DNA of 64,000 nt from Candidatus Bathyarchaeum tardum (GCA_024650005.2 CP122380.1:1696001-1760000), one strand, 5' to 3'. Counted from the stretch's first letter, positions 1 through 9,980 are shown. The notes: a model not told the origin generated them from the letters alone. Program-made: numbers and translations.

Positions 1-437
1 CAGGACATCTCTGAAACAACAACATATCCCTTTGGAGACAACAAATGCTTCCATTCTCGTAATCCTTTTTCAAATCCAATTATGTAAATTGCGCCTTCTG
101 ACCAAACTAGGTCAAAACTTTCGTTTTCAAAGTTAAGATTTAACATGTCCCCGTTTATTGTATCAATCTTATCGTCTAGTCCCTCTTTTTTTGCGTTTGC
201 TTTGAGTTGTTCCAAAAACGGTTGATAGAAATCTAATGCAACAATTTTTCCCTCACTCAATTTGGCTAATTGAATTGTTTGCATTCCCGGACCACATGCA
301 ATGTCGATTATATGTGGGTTTTTTGGCAAGTCTTGGAGCATTTGGAATGCTTTTTTTGTTGATTCGTTGTCTCCGGGTCCTTCTCGAGGGAGATTGCTGT
401 GGATTTCCCAGAAAACTTGTGGCAATTCTCCTGTCAT
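1..437 (-). CDS. Class I SAM-dependent methyltransferase (runs off window edge)
   Basis: Manual translation from ATG at 437: MTGELPQVFWEIHSNLPREGPGDNES...IIDIACGPG...FDLVWSEGAIYIIGFEKGL. SAM motif I present. Not in ORF track. Confidence 0.85.
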   Translation of the reverse strand, partial: MTGELPQVFWEIHSNLPREGPGDNESTKKAFQMLQDLPKNPHIIDIACGPGMQTIQLAKLSEGKIVALDFYQPFLEQLKANAKKEGLDDKIDTINGDMLNLNFENESFDLVWSEGAIYIIGFEKGLREWKHLLSPKGYVVVSEMS

Positions 438-646
438 TTTGATAACCTCGATGGTTAAGATAATGTTGAAGCTGAAGCAATTTAGTTTTTTTGTTCTTTT
501 TTAGCATTAATGAAACGGGTGTGGATGTAAAAAAATTTTCAGACATAGAAAAACTTTTATATTTTCGGCTAAGTTCTTGAAAAGTAACGAGGAATGCATC
601 GTGAGGGATCATTGGGTTCTCGAGGGACAAAAAATGGGGGATCGCT

Positions 647-2164
647 TTATCCACTAAATTCCCCAAGTCGATAAGAGTTTTTGATACAACCCTCAGAGAC
701 GGCGAACAAACCCCTGGAGTTTCCTTAACTCCTGAAAAAAAACTTCGAATTGCTGAAAGCTTAGATAAACTAGGTGTAGATGCAATGGAAGCAGGTTTCG
801 CCGCAGTATCTGAAGGAGAAACAGAATCAATAAAACTCATTGCCGACGCTGGACTTCACGCAGACGTCTATAGCATGGCTAGGGGCGTAACAAAGGACAT
901 CGACGCCGTCCTAAAAACTGGCGCAGTTGGAGTGCATTTGGTCATTCCTTCCTCTGATTTACATATTCAATGCAAGTTGAAAAAGAGCCGAGAAGATGTC
1001 CTGAAACTCACTGAAGAAACTACACAGTATGCTAAAGACCATGGTTTGGCTGTTGAACTTTCGGCAGAAGATGCAACAAGAACTGATTTTCCGTTTCTAA
1101 TTAAAATGTTTAAGGCAGGAGTAAATGCAGGTGCAGACCGTTTATGTCCCTGTGACACAGTTGGGGTTCTGATACCTGAAATAACCACTAAAATGTTTTC
1201 TGAACTGAAGAAAAAGTTTCCAACAGTTCCTTTAAGTGTCCATTGCCATAACGATTTTGGGTTAGCCGTAGCAAATTCGATACTTGCTCTACAGTGTGGG
1301 GCAGAACAAGCCCACGTAACAATGAATGGTATGGGTGAGCGGGCAGGTAATGCTTCTTTGGAAGAGCTGGTGGTGGTTCTAAAAACCTGTTATGAACGAG
1401 ATTTAGCAATTAAACCTGAACTGATCTATGAGACTTCTCTTCTGGTTTCACGAATAACCGATTTTCCTTTGCAACCTAACAAAGCAATCGTGGGTGAGAA
1501 TGCCTTTGTTCACGAGTCAGGAATGCACACTCATGGAATATTAGCCAATCCGTTAACTTACGAGCCTTTCAACCCTGCGTTGATTGGGCGCACAAGAAGA
1601 ATCGCGTTAGGTAAACATTCGGGTTCCGCTGGAATCCGAGCGTCCCTGACTGAAATGGGTCTTAAACCTACAGATGAAGAACTTAAAGAAATCTTTGAAC
1701 GGGTAAAAAATCTGGGTGACAAAGGGAAACGTATTGCTGATGCTGATTTGCAGGCAATCGCTGAAATTGTTATGGGCTTGCCTAAGGTTCGTCCAATAAA
1801 ACTTGAAGAAATTACAGTTCTCACAGGTAACCGGGTTACTTCAACTGCTTCTGTTAGGTTAAACCTGAATGGCAATATGCTTACTGAAGCTGCCATTGGT
1901 GTAGGTCCAGTAGATGCTGCCATTACTGCAATAAAGAAGGCAGTTGGTATTGTTGAACCGATACAGTTGGATAACTATTCTGTAAAAGCTATCACTGGCG
2001 GAACCAACGCCATGACTGAAGTATCGGTTAGCCTCAGTAAGGGCGACCGAAAATCCACTGCAGTAGGAGTTAACGAGGATATAGTAATAGCCAGTGTTGA
2101 GGCAATGCTAAGTGGCATGAATGTTTTGATGACTGATTATAGCAAAAATGGTAAGGAGTCTTGA
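647..2164 (+). CDS. cimA: (R)-citramalate synthase (LeuA/CimA family); start uncertain, probably non-canonical
   Basis: In-frame IRVFDTTLRDGEQTPG lies upstream of the track start (785). HCHNDFG, GERAGN and C-terminal GVGPVDA regulatory domain present. VHLVIPSSDLH resembles methanogen CimA rather than LeuA (IHTFIATS). Confidence 0.75.
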   Translation, partial: LSTKFPKSIRVFDTTLRDGEQTPGVSLTPEKKLRIAESLDKLGVDAMEAGFAAVSEGETESIKLIADAGLHADVYSMARGVTKDIDAVLKTGAVGVHLVIPSSDLHIQCKLKKSREDVLKLTEETTQYAKDHGLAVELSAEDATRTDFPFLIKMFKAGVNAGADRLCPCDTVGVLIPEITTKMFSELKKKFPTVPLSVHCHNDFGLAVANSILALQCGAEQAHVTMNGMGERAGNASLEELVVVLKTCYERDLAIKPELIYETSLLVSRITDFPLQPNKAIVGENAFVHESGMHTHGILANPLTYEPFNPALIGRTRRIALGKHSGSAGIRASLTEMGLKPTDEELKEIFERVKNLGDKGKRIADADLQAIAEIVMGLPKVRPIKLEEITVLTGNRVTSTASVRLNLNGNMLTEAAIGVGPVDAAITAIKKAVGIVEPIQLDNYSVKAITGGTNAMTEVSVSLSKGDRKSTAVGVNEDIVIASVEAMLSGMNVLMTDYSKNGKES

Positions 2165-2166
2165 AA

Positions 2167-3870
2167 ATGGCAAAAATGACTGGAGCACAAGCTCTCTTAG
2201 AATCGTTGAAACGAGAAAAAGTAGAAGTAATGTTTGGCATATCTGGAGGAGCTCTTCTGCCAATTCATGATGTCTTATGTGACTCAGAAATTCGTCACAT
2301 CCTTGCTCGTCATGAACAAGGGGCAGCACACATGGCAGACGGTTACGCTCGAGCAAGCGGCACAGCAGGAGTCTGCATGGCTACTTCAGGTCCTGGAGCA
2401 ACAAATATTGTCACTGGACTTGCTAATGCCTACTTGGATTCTTCACCTGTTATTGCACTTACAGGACAGGTGCCCACTTACTCTGCCAACACTTCATATA
2501 TGATTGGACGGGATGCCTTCCAAGAAGCAGACATTATTGGAATAACTACTCCAATTACCAAGTATAACGTTCAAGTGAAACATGCTTCCGAGATTCCTAA
2601 CGCGGTGAAAAGTGCATTCTACATTGCTACAACAGGAAGACCTGGACCCGCATTGGTTGACCTGCCTAAAGACACTCAAACAGTAAAAGCTGAAATGGAT
2701 TTTTCAGACAACGTACAGATTCGAGGCTACAAACCCAACACTGATCCTCATCCACTTCAAATTAAAAAAGCAGTTAACCTGCTTCTCAATGCAGAACGTC
2801 CAATGGTACTTGCAGGTGGAGGAGTAAACCTTTCTGGGGCATCACCAGAACTATTGCAGATTGCAGAATTATTGATGATGCCTGTTGCGACAACCTTCAT
2901 GGGAAAGAGTTGTTTCCCTGAGAATCATCCTTTGTCTATGGGAAACATAGGCATGCATGGAACCATGCTGGCAAACAAAATGATTTTAGAAGCTGATGTT
3001 TTGTTGGCTGTTGGAACAAGATTCCAAGACCGAAGCACCGGAACACTGAATGGTTTTTGTCCAGACGCAAAGATAATTCACATTGATGTTGATGCTGCTG
3101 AAATTGGAAAAAACGTTGACGTTGAAGTACCCATTGTTGGTGATGCAAAACCAACACTTACCATGATTAATCAACGGTTAGTCAAAAAAGTCAAAAAACA
3201 AAAAAACGGTCCATGGGTGAAACAGGTCCAAGCAGCAAAAGAAAAATATCTAAGTGAGCTAGACCTTGGCAGCGGTGATTTAACCTCACCTAAACTACTA
3301 AAAGAGCTTCGTAGACTTCTTCCCGAACAAGCTATCATCGCTACTGAAGTAGGTCAAAATCAGATGTGGGCTGCTCTTCATTTCCAGACAATTAAACCTA
3401 GAACATTCATTAGTTCTGGTGGATTGGGAACCATGGGTTTTGGTTTTCCTGCTGCTATTGGCGCCAAAGTAGCATGTCCCGAGTGTCCAGTTGTAGACAT
3501 TGCTGGCGATGGAAGCTTCCGAATGACTGAACAAGAACTTGGAACTTCAGTTACAGAAGACATACCGGTAATAGTAATAGTGCTTAACAACTCAATGCTG
3601 GGCATGGTAGCTCAATGGCAACGTTTGTTCTATCAGAAGCGTTATGCTGCAGTAAAATTGGGCAATGTCCCAGATTTTGCAAAACTTGCTCAAGCTTATG
3701 GCGCTGAAGGTGTTCATATTGAGTCATTAACGGAGTTTTCTGCTGTGATAAAAAACGCTTTAAAGACTGAAGTGACCACTGTCATTGATGTTCCTATTTC
3801 CCCGGATGATGATGTGTTTCCGATGGTTCCGCCAGGTAAAGGATTGAAAGATACGGTTGGGGGGTTGTAA
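2167..3870 (+). CDS. ilvB: Acetolactate synthase large subunit
   Basis: RHEQGAAHMADGYAR, TSGPGATN, ThDP motif GDGSF...NN, GMVAQWQ; SD AAGGAG upstream. Confidence 0.95.
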   Translation: MAKMTGAQALLESLKREKVEVMFGISGGALLPIHDVLCDSEIRHILARHEQGAAHMADGYARASGTAGVCMATSGPGATNIVTGLANAYLDSSPVIALTGQVPTYSANTSYMIGRDAFQEADIIGITTPITKYNVQVKHASEIPNAVKSAFYIATTGRPGPALVDLPKDTQTVKAEMDFSDNVQIRGYKPNTDPHPLQIKKAVNLLLNAERPMVLAGGGVNLSGASPELLQIAELLMMPVATTFMGKSCFPENHPLSMGNIGMHGTMLANKMILEADVLLAVGTRFQDRSTGTLNGFCPDAKIIHIDVDAAEIGKNVDVEVPIVGDAKPTLTMINQRLVKKVKKQKNGPWVKQVQAAKEKYLSELDLGSGDLTSPKLLKELRRLLPEQAIIATEVGQNQMWAALHFQTIKPRTFISSGGLGTMGFGFPAAIGAKVACPECPVVDIAGDGSFRMTEQELGTSVTEDIPVIVIVLNNSMLGMVAQWQRLFYQKRYAAVKLGNVPDFAKLAQAYGAEGVHIESLTEFSAVIKNALKTEVTTVIDVPISPDDDVFPMVPPGKGLKDTVGGL

Positions 3871-3871
3871 A

Positions 3872-4384
3872 ATGGATCAAAAATATGTTCATATAATTTC
3901 TACTATCGTTGAGCATAAGCCAGGGGTTCTTTATACGGTTTCAAACCTGTTTAGGCGCCGAGGATTTAACATTGATAGCATTTCAGTTGGACCTACCGAA
4001 GAATCTGGAATAGCTAGAATGACCATAATGGTAACTGGTGATAACCGAACTATAGAGCAAGTAATCAAGCAGCTAAACAAGCTCATAGATGTGCTTAAAG
4101 TTACACGGTTAGACCCTGAAAACATTGTAACTCGAGAATTAGCGTTAATCAAAGTAACTGCGACAAGCACCAAAGCTCGGTCAGACATAATCAATTATGC
4201 AGACATTTTCAGGGCACGCGTAGTTGACGTATGTACTGAATCATTGATGATGGAAATCACCGGAACATCAGATAAGATAGATGCCTTCATCACTCTGATG
4301 AAGCCCTTTGGCGTAAAAGAAGTGGCTAGAACTGGGATAACATCCCTTTCAAGAGGTCCAAAATCAGTCAAAATTGATGAATAA
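3872..4384 (+). CDS. ilvN: Acetolactate synthase small (regulatory) subunit
   Basis: HKPGVL..VSNLFRRRGFNIDSISVG ACT domain, EVARTG; 1 nt after ilvB. Confidence 0.95.
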   Translation: MDQKYVHIISTIVEHKPGVLYTVSNLFRRRGFNIDSISVGPTEESGIARMTIMVTGDNRTIEQVIKQLNKLIDVLKVTRLDPENIVTRELALIKVTATSTKARSDIINYADIFRARVVDVCTESLMMEITGTSDKIDAFITLMKPFGVKEVARTGITSLSRGPKSVKIDE

Positions 4385-4510
4385 TCAGTTTAGATTTTTT
4401 TTCTTTTCTATTTTTGTTTGCAATATTCTTGTTTTGGCAATATTTTCAGGTCCAGAGGACGCTATTTATAGAAAAATTGGGAACAGGTTCTAGTGTGGAA
4501 TGTGACTAGA

Positions 4511-4747
4511 ATGAGAAGTTCCTTTGATATAATAGCTGAAATTTTGAATGTAGCTAAAAATGGCGCAAAAAAGACCCGAATAATGTATTCCTGTGGTCTT
4601 AGTTACCTGTTTGTTCAAAAATATTTGGATTTGCTATTGCAAACAGGGCTCTTAAGTTTAGGGACTTCTTATCAAACAACTGAAAAAGGCATGGGATTTC
4701 TTCACAAATACCAAAAAATGGATTTGCTGTTAAACACTAGATGTTAA
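4511..4747 (+). CDS. Small winged-helix DNA-binding protein
   Basis: RSSFDIIAEIL...KKTRIMYSCGLSY...YQTTEKG, a typical archaeal wHTH. Confidence 0.85.
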   Translation: MRSSFDIIAEILNVAKNGAKKTRIMYSCGLSYLFVQKYLDLLLQTGLLSLGTSYQTTEKGMGFLHKYQKMDLLLNTRC

Positions 4748-4771
4748 GGTTGAAACTGGAAAAGGTTTTAT

Positions 4772-4969
4772 GTGTTCCTTACAATGGTTTCAACTATGGT
4801 ATCTCGAATATTTACTGAAGAAGAGCGACAACTCTTAGAAGCTCATCTTATCAACTCCAAAGTAGATAAAGAAAAAATTGATAATGTTCTTGAACAAATC
4901 AAGAACGAAAAAGGGTTATTTGATGATGTCTTTCTTTATCTTCAAGTAAAGAAAACATTATCATCCTAA
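4772..4969 (+). CDS. Small hypothetical protein (start may be 4784 or 4796)
   Basis: Charged helical ORF co-oriented with the wHTH gene. Confidence 0.5.
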   Translation: MFLTMVSTMVSRIFTEEERQLLEAHLINSKVDKEKIDNVLEQIKNEKGLFDDVFLYLQVKKTLSS

Positions 4970-5061
4970 AAATTGGCTTTAAGAGCTAATTAACAAAAAT
5001 TTCGTTCCTGCAACAGGACTCATTTTTGTTATCCTTTGCTTTTCAAGAAAAAAGTCTGTTT

Positions 5062-5235
5062 TTAGCGTCTGGGGTATCTGCTTCGCATCCAGAAGTATTG
5101 CATTCCTAGGCCTACTCCCAGAAGGATTGATGCTGTTCTAATTTGTCCGGTGGCAATTAAATACACCATGCCTGCTAAGCAAATTATCAGTGGAGAGTAC
5201 TTCTTGAATAATCCTTGCAGTTGGTCGCTGTCCAA
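5062..5235 (-). CDS. 57-aa small membrane protein (not in ORF track)
   Basis: TTG start with GAGG upstream; MDSDQLQGLFKKYSPLIICLAGMVYLIATGQIRTASILLGVGLGMQYFWMRSRYPRR has two hydrophobic segments and a basic tail. Confidence 0.55.
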   Translation of the reverse strand: MDSDQLQGLFKKYSPLIICLAGMVYLIATGQIRTASILLGVGLGMQYFWMRSRYPRR

Positions 5236-5321
5236 TGTGTTTTCCTCTTTGTTTAGACGGGGTTGGTGTTATTGGTATTTTACTGTTCCTCTTGTTTTTG
5301 AAAACTGAAACCTATTTAAGC

Positions 5322-5337
5322 TATGACATACGTCATA
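5322..5337. promoter_or_regulatory. Palindromic putative operator TATGAC-N4-GTCATA
   Basis: Perfect 6-bp inverted repeat between TATA-like TTTAAG and the GTG start at 5342. Confidence 0.35.
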
Positions 5338-5341
5338 TTTA

Positions 5342-6022
5342 GTGGGGGAATTAAATTCGCCAGACAAAAAACTTGTTGTTACTTACGTTTCTATTTTTTT
5401 AATTATTGCAGTTGTGCTTATTGGAATAATGGTCTCGGTGATTTCTAATCCTTTACAGCCAAACGTAGATTATGTGGAAGTCCGAGAATATGAAGGGCAA
5501 GATCTTTCATCAATCAATTCTTTTCGAGAAAACTCCATTAAAGGCCCTCAGCATGTGAACAACCAAACTTACCTGTTAGCCCTAAGGGGGTTAGTTGATA
5601 ATCCAAAAAATTTCACGTATGATGAAGTTGTTAATGGTTATCCAATTCATAAGAAAGTTGTTACCCTGCATTGTGTGGAAGGCTGGAAAGTAACAATTCT
5701 TTGGGAAGGAATCCAGCTTAAAGATTTGTTTGCAGATGCCCAAGTTGATTCATCAGCCAACACTGTGATATTTTATGCATATGACGGGTATTCAACAGCT
5801 TTGCCCCTGGATTACATTATCGATAACGACATAATGATTGCTTACAAAATGAATAATGTTACTCTTCCATCCGAACGGGGTTATCCTTTTCAGTTAGTGG
5901 CAGAAAGCAAACTAGGTTACAAATGGATAAAATGGATAACCGCCATTGAACTATCTGCTGACAAAGATTACCTGGGCTTCTGGGAAAGTTACGGATATCC
6001 TAACGAAGCAAACCTGCGATAA
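5342..6022 (+). CDS. Membrane-anchored molybdopterin-dependent oxidoreductase (sulfite oxidase/MsrP-like)
   Basis: N-terminal TM; TLHCVEGW, WEGI, DGYSTALP, ERGYPFQLV, GYKWIKWI, GFWE motifs. Confidence 0.85.
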   Translation: MGELNSPDKKLVVTYVSIFLIIAVVLIGIMVSVISNPLQPNVDYVEVREYEGQDLSSINSFRENSIKGPQHVNNQTYLLALRGLVDNPKNFTYDEVVNGYPIHKKVVTLHCVEGWKVTILWEGIQLKDLFADAQVDSSANTVIFYAYDGYSTALPLDYIIDNDIMIAYKMNNVTLPSERGYPFQLVAESKLGYKWIKWITAIELSADKDYLGFWESYGYPNEANLR

Positions 6023-6409
6023 ACTATTTTTCAAGTTGCTCAAATTATAGAATTATCAATTTATGACGTATTGGACATTTTTTACCGAATAAATAACTGT
6101 TAAATTAAATGGTGTCGAAGCAACAAAAAAGGTCAACCTACAATTTTCTGATTAGACCATAAATTGGTTTAACACGTCCTTTGAAGACCCTTCAACCCAG
6201 GATATTTAAAAAAATAATATTTTTGAAAATAAGTCCGTATATAATCAAGATAATTAATATTCATAGCAAGTTGACAACCCAAATCTAAACTAAACAATTT
6301 TTAAAATTAAACTCAAGTTTGAAGAGTTGAACCATTGGAGTTTTCTTTGCAAGTTTAAGGTCATCAAAAACTGTCTATTGACTGATTAGGATTTTCTAAA
6401 ACAATTCAT

Positions 6410-6973
6410 TTATTGTTGCCAGTATTCGGGTTTGTTTAGTTCGTCGCAAAATGTTATTTTACCTGAGTTGGAGTTGATTTTTCCGTTTTGTAGTTCTTTG
6501 ACCATCCATGCGGATTGGTCTTTTTCCTGGAGTGGATAGGGGGTTTGAAATCCTTGTTTTCCTGCAGGGGTAAATCCGTGTTTAGTGTAATAGTTAGGGT
6601 GCCCTAGTACAAAGACTAAATCGTTGCCAGTTTTTGATATTTGTTGCAGTCCTTTTTTTATTAGTTCGGTGCCGATTCTTTGTCTTTGGTAATCCGTCAA
6701 TACTGCCAGAGCTGACAAAAACGAAATCTGCAAATTGTTGGGGTTTGGAGTAAGGTGGGCCTTAGTAAATAGTAAATGTCCTACTGGTTTGTCGTCAACA
6801 AACGCTAATAGGGATAGCAAGGGCTTTGCCGTGGGGTCTACTAAAAGGGCGTTTACGTATGCTTCTTCTTTGACCAAAACATCTGAGTTAGTTGCCTTGA
6901 AGGCTTCACGAACGATATATAATACGTCAGGCAGGTCTGCGTTGTTAGCATCTCGGATAATCAATTTTGGCAC
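6410..6973 (-). CDS. GNAT N-acetyltransferase (YhbS-like)
   Basis: LAVLTDYQRQRIGTELI acetyl-CoA motif; VFVLGHPNYYTKHGF. Confidence 0.9.
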   Translation of the reverse strand: MPKLIIRDANNADLPDVLYIVREAFKATNSDVLVKEEAYVNALLVDPTAKPLLSLLAFVDDKPVGHLLFTKAHLTPNPNNLQISFLSALAVLTDYQRQRIGTELIKKGLQQISKTGNDLVFVLGHPNYYTKHGFTPAGKQGFQTPYPLQEKDQSAWMVKELQNGKINSNSGKITFCDELNKPEYWQQ

Positions 6974-7012
6974 CTTTGTTGTTCTTTGTCCAGTGTAAGC
7001 TTTTTGTTGGGT

Positions 7013-8077
7013 TTATCGTTTTGGGTTGTAGCTACACCATGGGTCTTCTGCAAATAGGCTTTGTTTTAGGGTATTAAACTTGTTTGATTGCTGCTTTACT
7101 GTTAAGGTATTGTCGTATAAGCCTGCTGCTCGGGCTCTGCATCCCCCGCATATAATGCGGTATTCACATTTTCCGCATTTGCCATTAAGATGATGTTCAT
7201 AATTTCTGAGGGCTTTTAATATTTCAGAGCCATACCAAATGTAATTGAAGGCAGCATCTTTGACGTTGCCAACACTAACGGGCAGATATGGACAGGGAGT
7301 TACTGACCCGTCAGGAGTGATTCTGCAATAGCTGATTCCAGCAATGCATCCGCGGCTGTAACGTAGATTTTTGATGTTCATCTGTTTGGCGATTCGCATA
7401 AACTGAGGAGCACAAGTAGGCTTAACATTCAACTGATGCACAGAATTCCATTGAAAAACATAATTTAGTACCCCCTCGTAAATTTCAGGGGTCACATCTT
7501 TGATGTTTTTGCCACGACCCGTGGAAACTAAAAAGAAAAGATGAGCGTTTTTTACACCGTAACTTTCAGCCATAGAAAAAATGTTTTCCAAGTTTTCAAA
7601 ATTTTGCTGAGCAACAGTTATGTTAAACTGCACATTCAAACCGTTACGCAAACACGCTTTGATTCCTTCCATTGTTTTTTGCCAGGCGCCTTTGACGCCT
7701 CGGAATTGGTCATGAAACTTGGGAGAATCCGAGTCAACACTTACAGCAACAGTTCTAACGCCAGAATGAACTAGCTGTTTAGCAACATCATCAGTGATTA
7801 AAGTGCCATTAGTACCCATGGTTACTATTAGACCCTTTTTTGTCCCATAATTTGCCAACTCAAAAATGTCATCCCGAAGCAAAGGTTCTCCTCCACTCAG
7901 AACAAGAATTGGTTTACTCAATTCACTAATTTGATCAATGAGCACTTTTCCTTGTTCTGTATTCAATTCGTTGAAACTGTTTTCTTTGTTAGCATCTACA
8001 TAGCAGTGACTACACTTGAGATTGCATCGAAAAGTTGTATTCCAAGAAATAATACGAGGTACACAACTAAACATCAT
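7013..8077 (-). CDS. Radical SAM/SPASM protein, AhbD/NirJ2-like
   Basis: WNTTFRCNLKCSHCY, SGGEPL, PTCAPQFMRIA, GCIAG..YC.I.PDG.V.PCPY, CGKCEYRIICGGCRARA, EDPWC. Confidence 0.85.
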   Translation of the reverse strand: MMFSCVPRIISWNTTFRCNLKCSHCYVDANKENSFNELNTEQGKVLIDQISELSKPILVLSGGEPLLRDDIFELANYGTKKGLIVTMGTNGTLITDDVAKQLVHSGVRTVAVSVDSDSPKFHDQFRGVKGAWQKTMEGIKACLRNGLNVQFNITVAQQNFENLENIFSMAESYGVKNAHLFFLVSTGRGKNIKDVTPEIYEGVLNYVFQWNSVHQLNVKPTCAPQFMRIAKQMNIKNLRYSRGCIAGISYCRITPDGSVTPCPYLPVSVGNVKDAAFNYIWYGSEILKALRNYEHHLNGKCGKCEYRIICGGCRARAAGLYDNTLTVKQQSNKFNTLKQSLFAEDPWCSYNPKR

Positions 8078-8086
8078 GTTTTTCTC

Positions 8087-9211
8087 CTAGTTTGATGACC
8101 TCTTTGTTGGAGTACGGTATAAACAAGTGAAATCTTCTTCAAAGATGTCCCCAGTGCTCATTTTAGCTTTAGCTCGGCAACCGCCACATAACAGTTTGTA
8201 GTCACAAGAACCACAGATTCCCTTCAACTGGGTTTTCTTGGCAATGGACTGTATTTCTGGACCAAGGGCAATTTTGCGTATGTCGTCTTTGAGTATATTC
8301 CCAACCGAAAAATTTTGCATAAAAATACAAGGCAAAATATCCCCTCGGGCAGAAATTCCTAACGAACCTTCACCAATTGGACATGCACTCAAGGAACTTA
8401 ACCTATCAAATGCATGAGTAACATCCCAACCTTTTTTCTTAAAGTGCTCAATAGCAAGAGGGGCAATGGAAGGACAAGCCCCCATATCGACTTCTGCGCC
8501 TTGTTCAAGCTCAACTTTGTTAAACAAGAAATCAGTCAGTTCTAACCATTGGTCACGAGAAATTCTCCAGTCACGGCCATCATGGGCTCGGCCAGTTTCC
8601 ACAAGGTCGCAAAGATAAAAGGATTTTACTCCAAGTTCTGAGCCTTTTTGAAAAATGTATGGAATATGCTCGTATGTGTACTTGTTTACCACTGTTTTGA
8701 AACAGAAATTGATTCCTTCGTCAATGCAGGATTTGGCGTTTTCCATAAGTTTGTTGAAACTTCCAGGCAGTCCAACTATGTCATCATGAACAGAAGGGGG
8801 ACCATAAACTGAAACTGCAATATAATGCACGTTATGTTTTCTGAGTTTTTTTGCTGCTTGCTTGTTTATTAACAAGCCGTTACTGCTCAAAACGGTCATG
8901 ATGTCGTAATCTTTGCACAGTTGTATCAAATCAAAAATGTCATCCCGCAGTAAGGGTTCCCCGCCAGTCATAAACAATAAAGGGATACCCATGTCACCAA
9001 TGTTTGAAATCAAGTCAGTTGCTTGTTTTGTATTGAGCTCTTCGTGTTTGTTGCTTGGTTCACCAATATAGCAGTGCTTGCATTTTAAGTCACATTGGTA
9101 GGTTACATTCCACAATATGGAACTTATGCCGTAACTGTTGAAAGCTTGTCTGCAACGCTTTTCTACATCAGACATTTTTTTCTCTTTAAACAATGAACGT
9201 AAATGAACCAT
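8087..9211 (-). CDS. Radical SAM/SPASM protein, NirJ/Ahb-related but divergent
   Basis: WNVTYQCDLKCKHCY, TGGEPL, CPIGEG...PC, CGSCDYKLLCGGCRAKA, EDFTC. Confidence 0.85.
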   Translation of the reverse strand: MVHLRSLFKEKKMSDVEKRCRQAFNSYGISSILWNVTYQCDLKCKHCYIGEPSNKHEELNTKQATDLISNIGDMGIPLLFMTGGEPLLRDDIFDLIQLCKDYDIMTVLSSNGLLINKQAAKKLRKHNVHYIAVSVYGPPSVHDDIVGLPGSFNKLMENAKSCIDEGINFCFKTVVNKYTYEHIPYIFQKGSELGVKSFYLCDLVETGRAHDGRDWRISRDQWLELTDFLFNKVELEQGAEVDMGACPSIAPLAIEHFKKKGWDVTHAFDRLSSLSACPIGEGSLGISARGDILPCIFMQNFSVGNILKDDIRKIALGPEIQSIAKKTQLKGICGSCDYKLLCGGCRAKAKMSTGDIFEEDFTCLYRTPTKRSSN

Positions 9212-9218
9212 TTTTCAA

Positions 9219-9785
9219 TCACCACGGAAGAAGGGGTTTAATTCTTTTAAAGAGGAACTTAGTTGTTACAAAAGCTGCAATTACAGTTGAAACTACGGCT
9301 ACTCCTATTGAAAACATCACCAAAGAAACAGGAGGATCAGGCACAAGCTGCAAGAATTTTATGAGGATATAATAGTGGGTTAAGCCGGTTACTAAACTGC
9401 CTGCAGTCATGGCAATTGTTACCTTGTAAGGAGAAGGATTATCGGAACCGTTGAAAGTTTTCATTCCACGCAACAGTAAGTCTGTTGTGATTCCACGCAT
9501 AAACCAAGAGATTAAAATAAAAAAACCCAAGGCCGAAGTGAAAGAGTAAATAAATCCTGCAATTAACGTGATGGATACCGCAGAGCCATACTTACCAAGT
9601 GCTAAAACACCCAACGTAAAAACAATAGCAAAAACTGCCTGCCCCGTATGGTGCATGTTACTAGAAAATTTGGATATAATCACCAACAAAACAGCAAAAG
9701 TTACAATCAAACAAAGCTGAGTTGTTTTATTATAACTATATATTGAATTGCCTCCATTCATTTTATCAACCACATGAATGGACAT
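9219..9785 (-). CDS. Multi-pass membrane protein, possibly ECF S-component-like
   Basis: About 5-6 hydrophobic segments in 188 aa; first gene of the radical SAM cluster. Confidence 0.6.
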   Translation of the reverse strand: MSIHVVDKMNGGNSIYSYNKTTQLCLIVTFAVLLVIISKFSSNMHHTGQAVFAIVFTLGVLALGKYGSAVSITLIAGFIYSFTSALGFFILISWFMRGITTDLLLRGMKTFNGSDNPSPYKVTIAMTAGSLVTGLTHYYILIKFLQLVPDPPVSLVMFSIGVAVVSTVIAAFVTTKFLFKRIKPLLPW

Positions 9786-9786
9786 A

Positions 9787-9862
9787 ACGAAACTCGCAAA
9801 TAGTATAAAACAATTTTGCTAACTTAGAAAAAGTTATCATAAAAATTCACGAAATTCGCAAA
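9787..9862. promoter_or_regulatory. Direct repeat pair ACGAAA(C/T)TCGCAAA in the promoter of the radical SAM cluster
   Basis: Copies at 9787-9800 and 9849-9862, 13/14 identical, with a CGAA-N-TTCG palindromic core in the second. Confidence 0.45.
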
Positions 9863-9980
9863 AAATAGGATGAAATTTACAGTAAAACCTGCAAAACACA
9901 ACCATAACCCCATATTATAAACGATTCCAAAAAGAAAACAAAGATTTTGAAGAAACTGCCTAAACTGCAAACGCTACAGG

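Noticed and set aside
594-674. Possible attenuator leader peptide before cimA-ilvBN
   Set aside because: MHREGSLGSRGTKNGGSLYPLNSPSR has no Ile/Leu/Val run and no terminator hairpin; only noted as an overlapping uORF
253-840. 195-aa minus-strand ORF in the track
   Set aside because: Antisense shadow of the cimA 5' end, and out of frame with the real methyltransferase
9824-9913. 29-aa minus ORF as RiPP precursor for the radical SAM pair
   Set aside because: Phe-rich by-product of T-rich promoter DNA; no SD, no leader/core pattern
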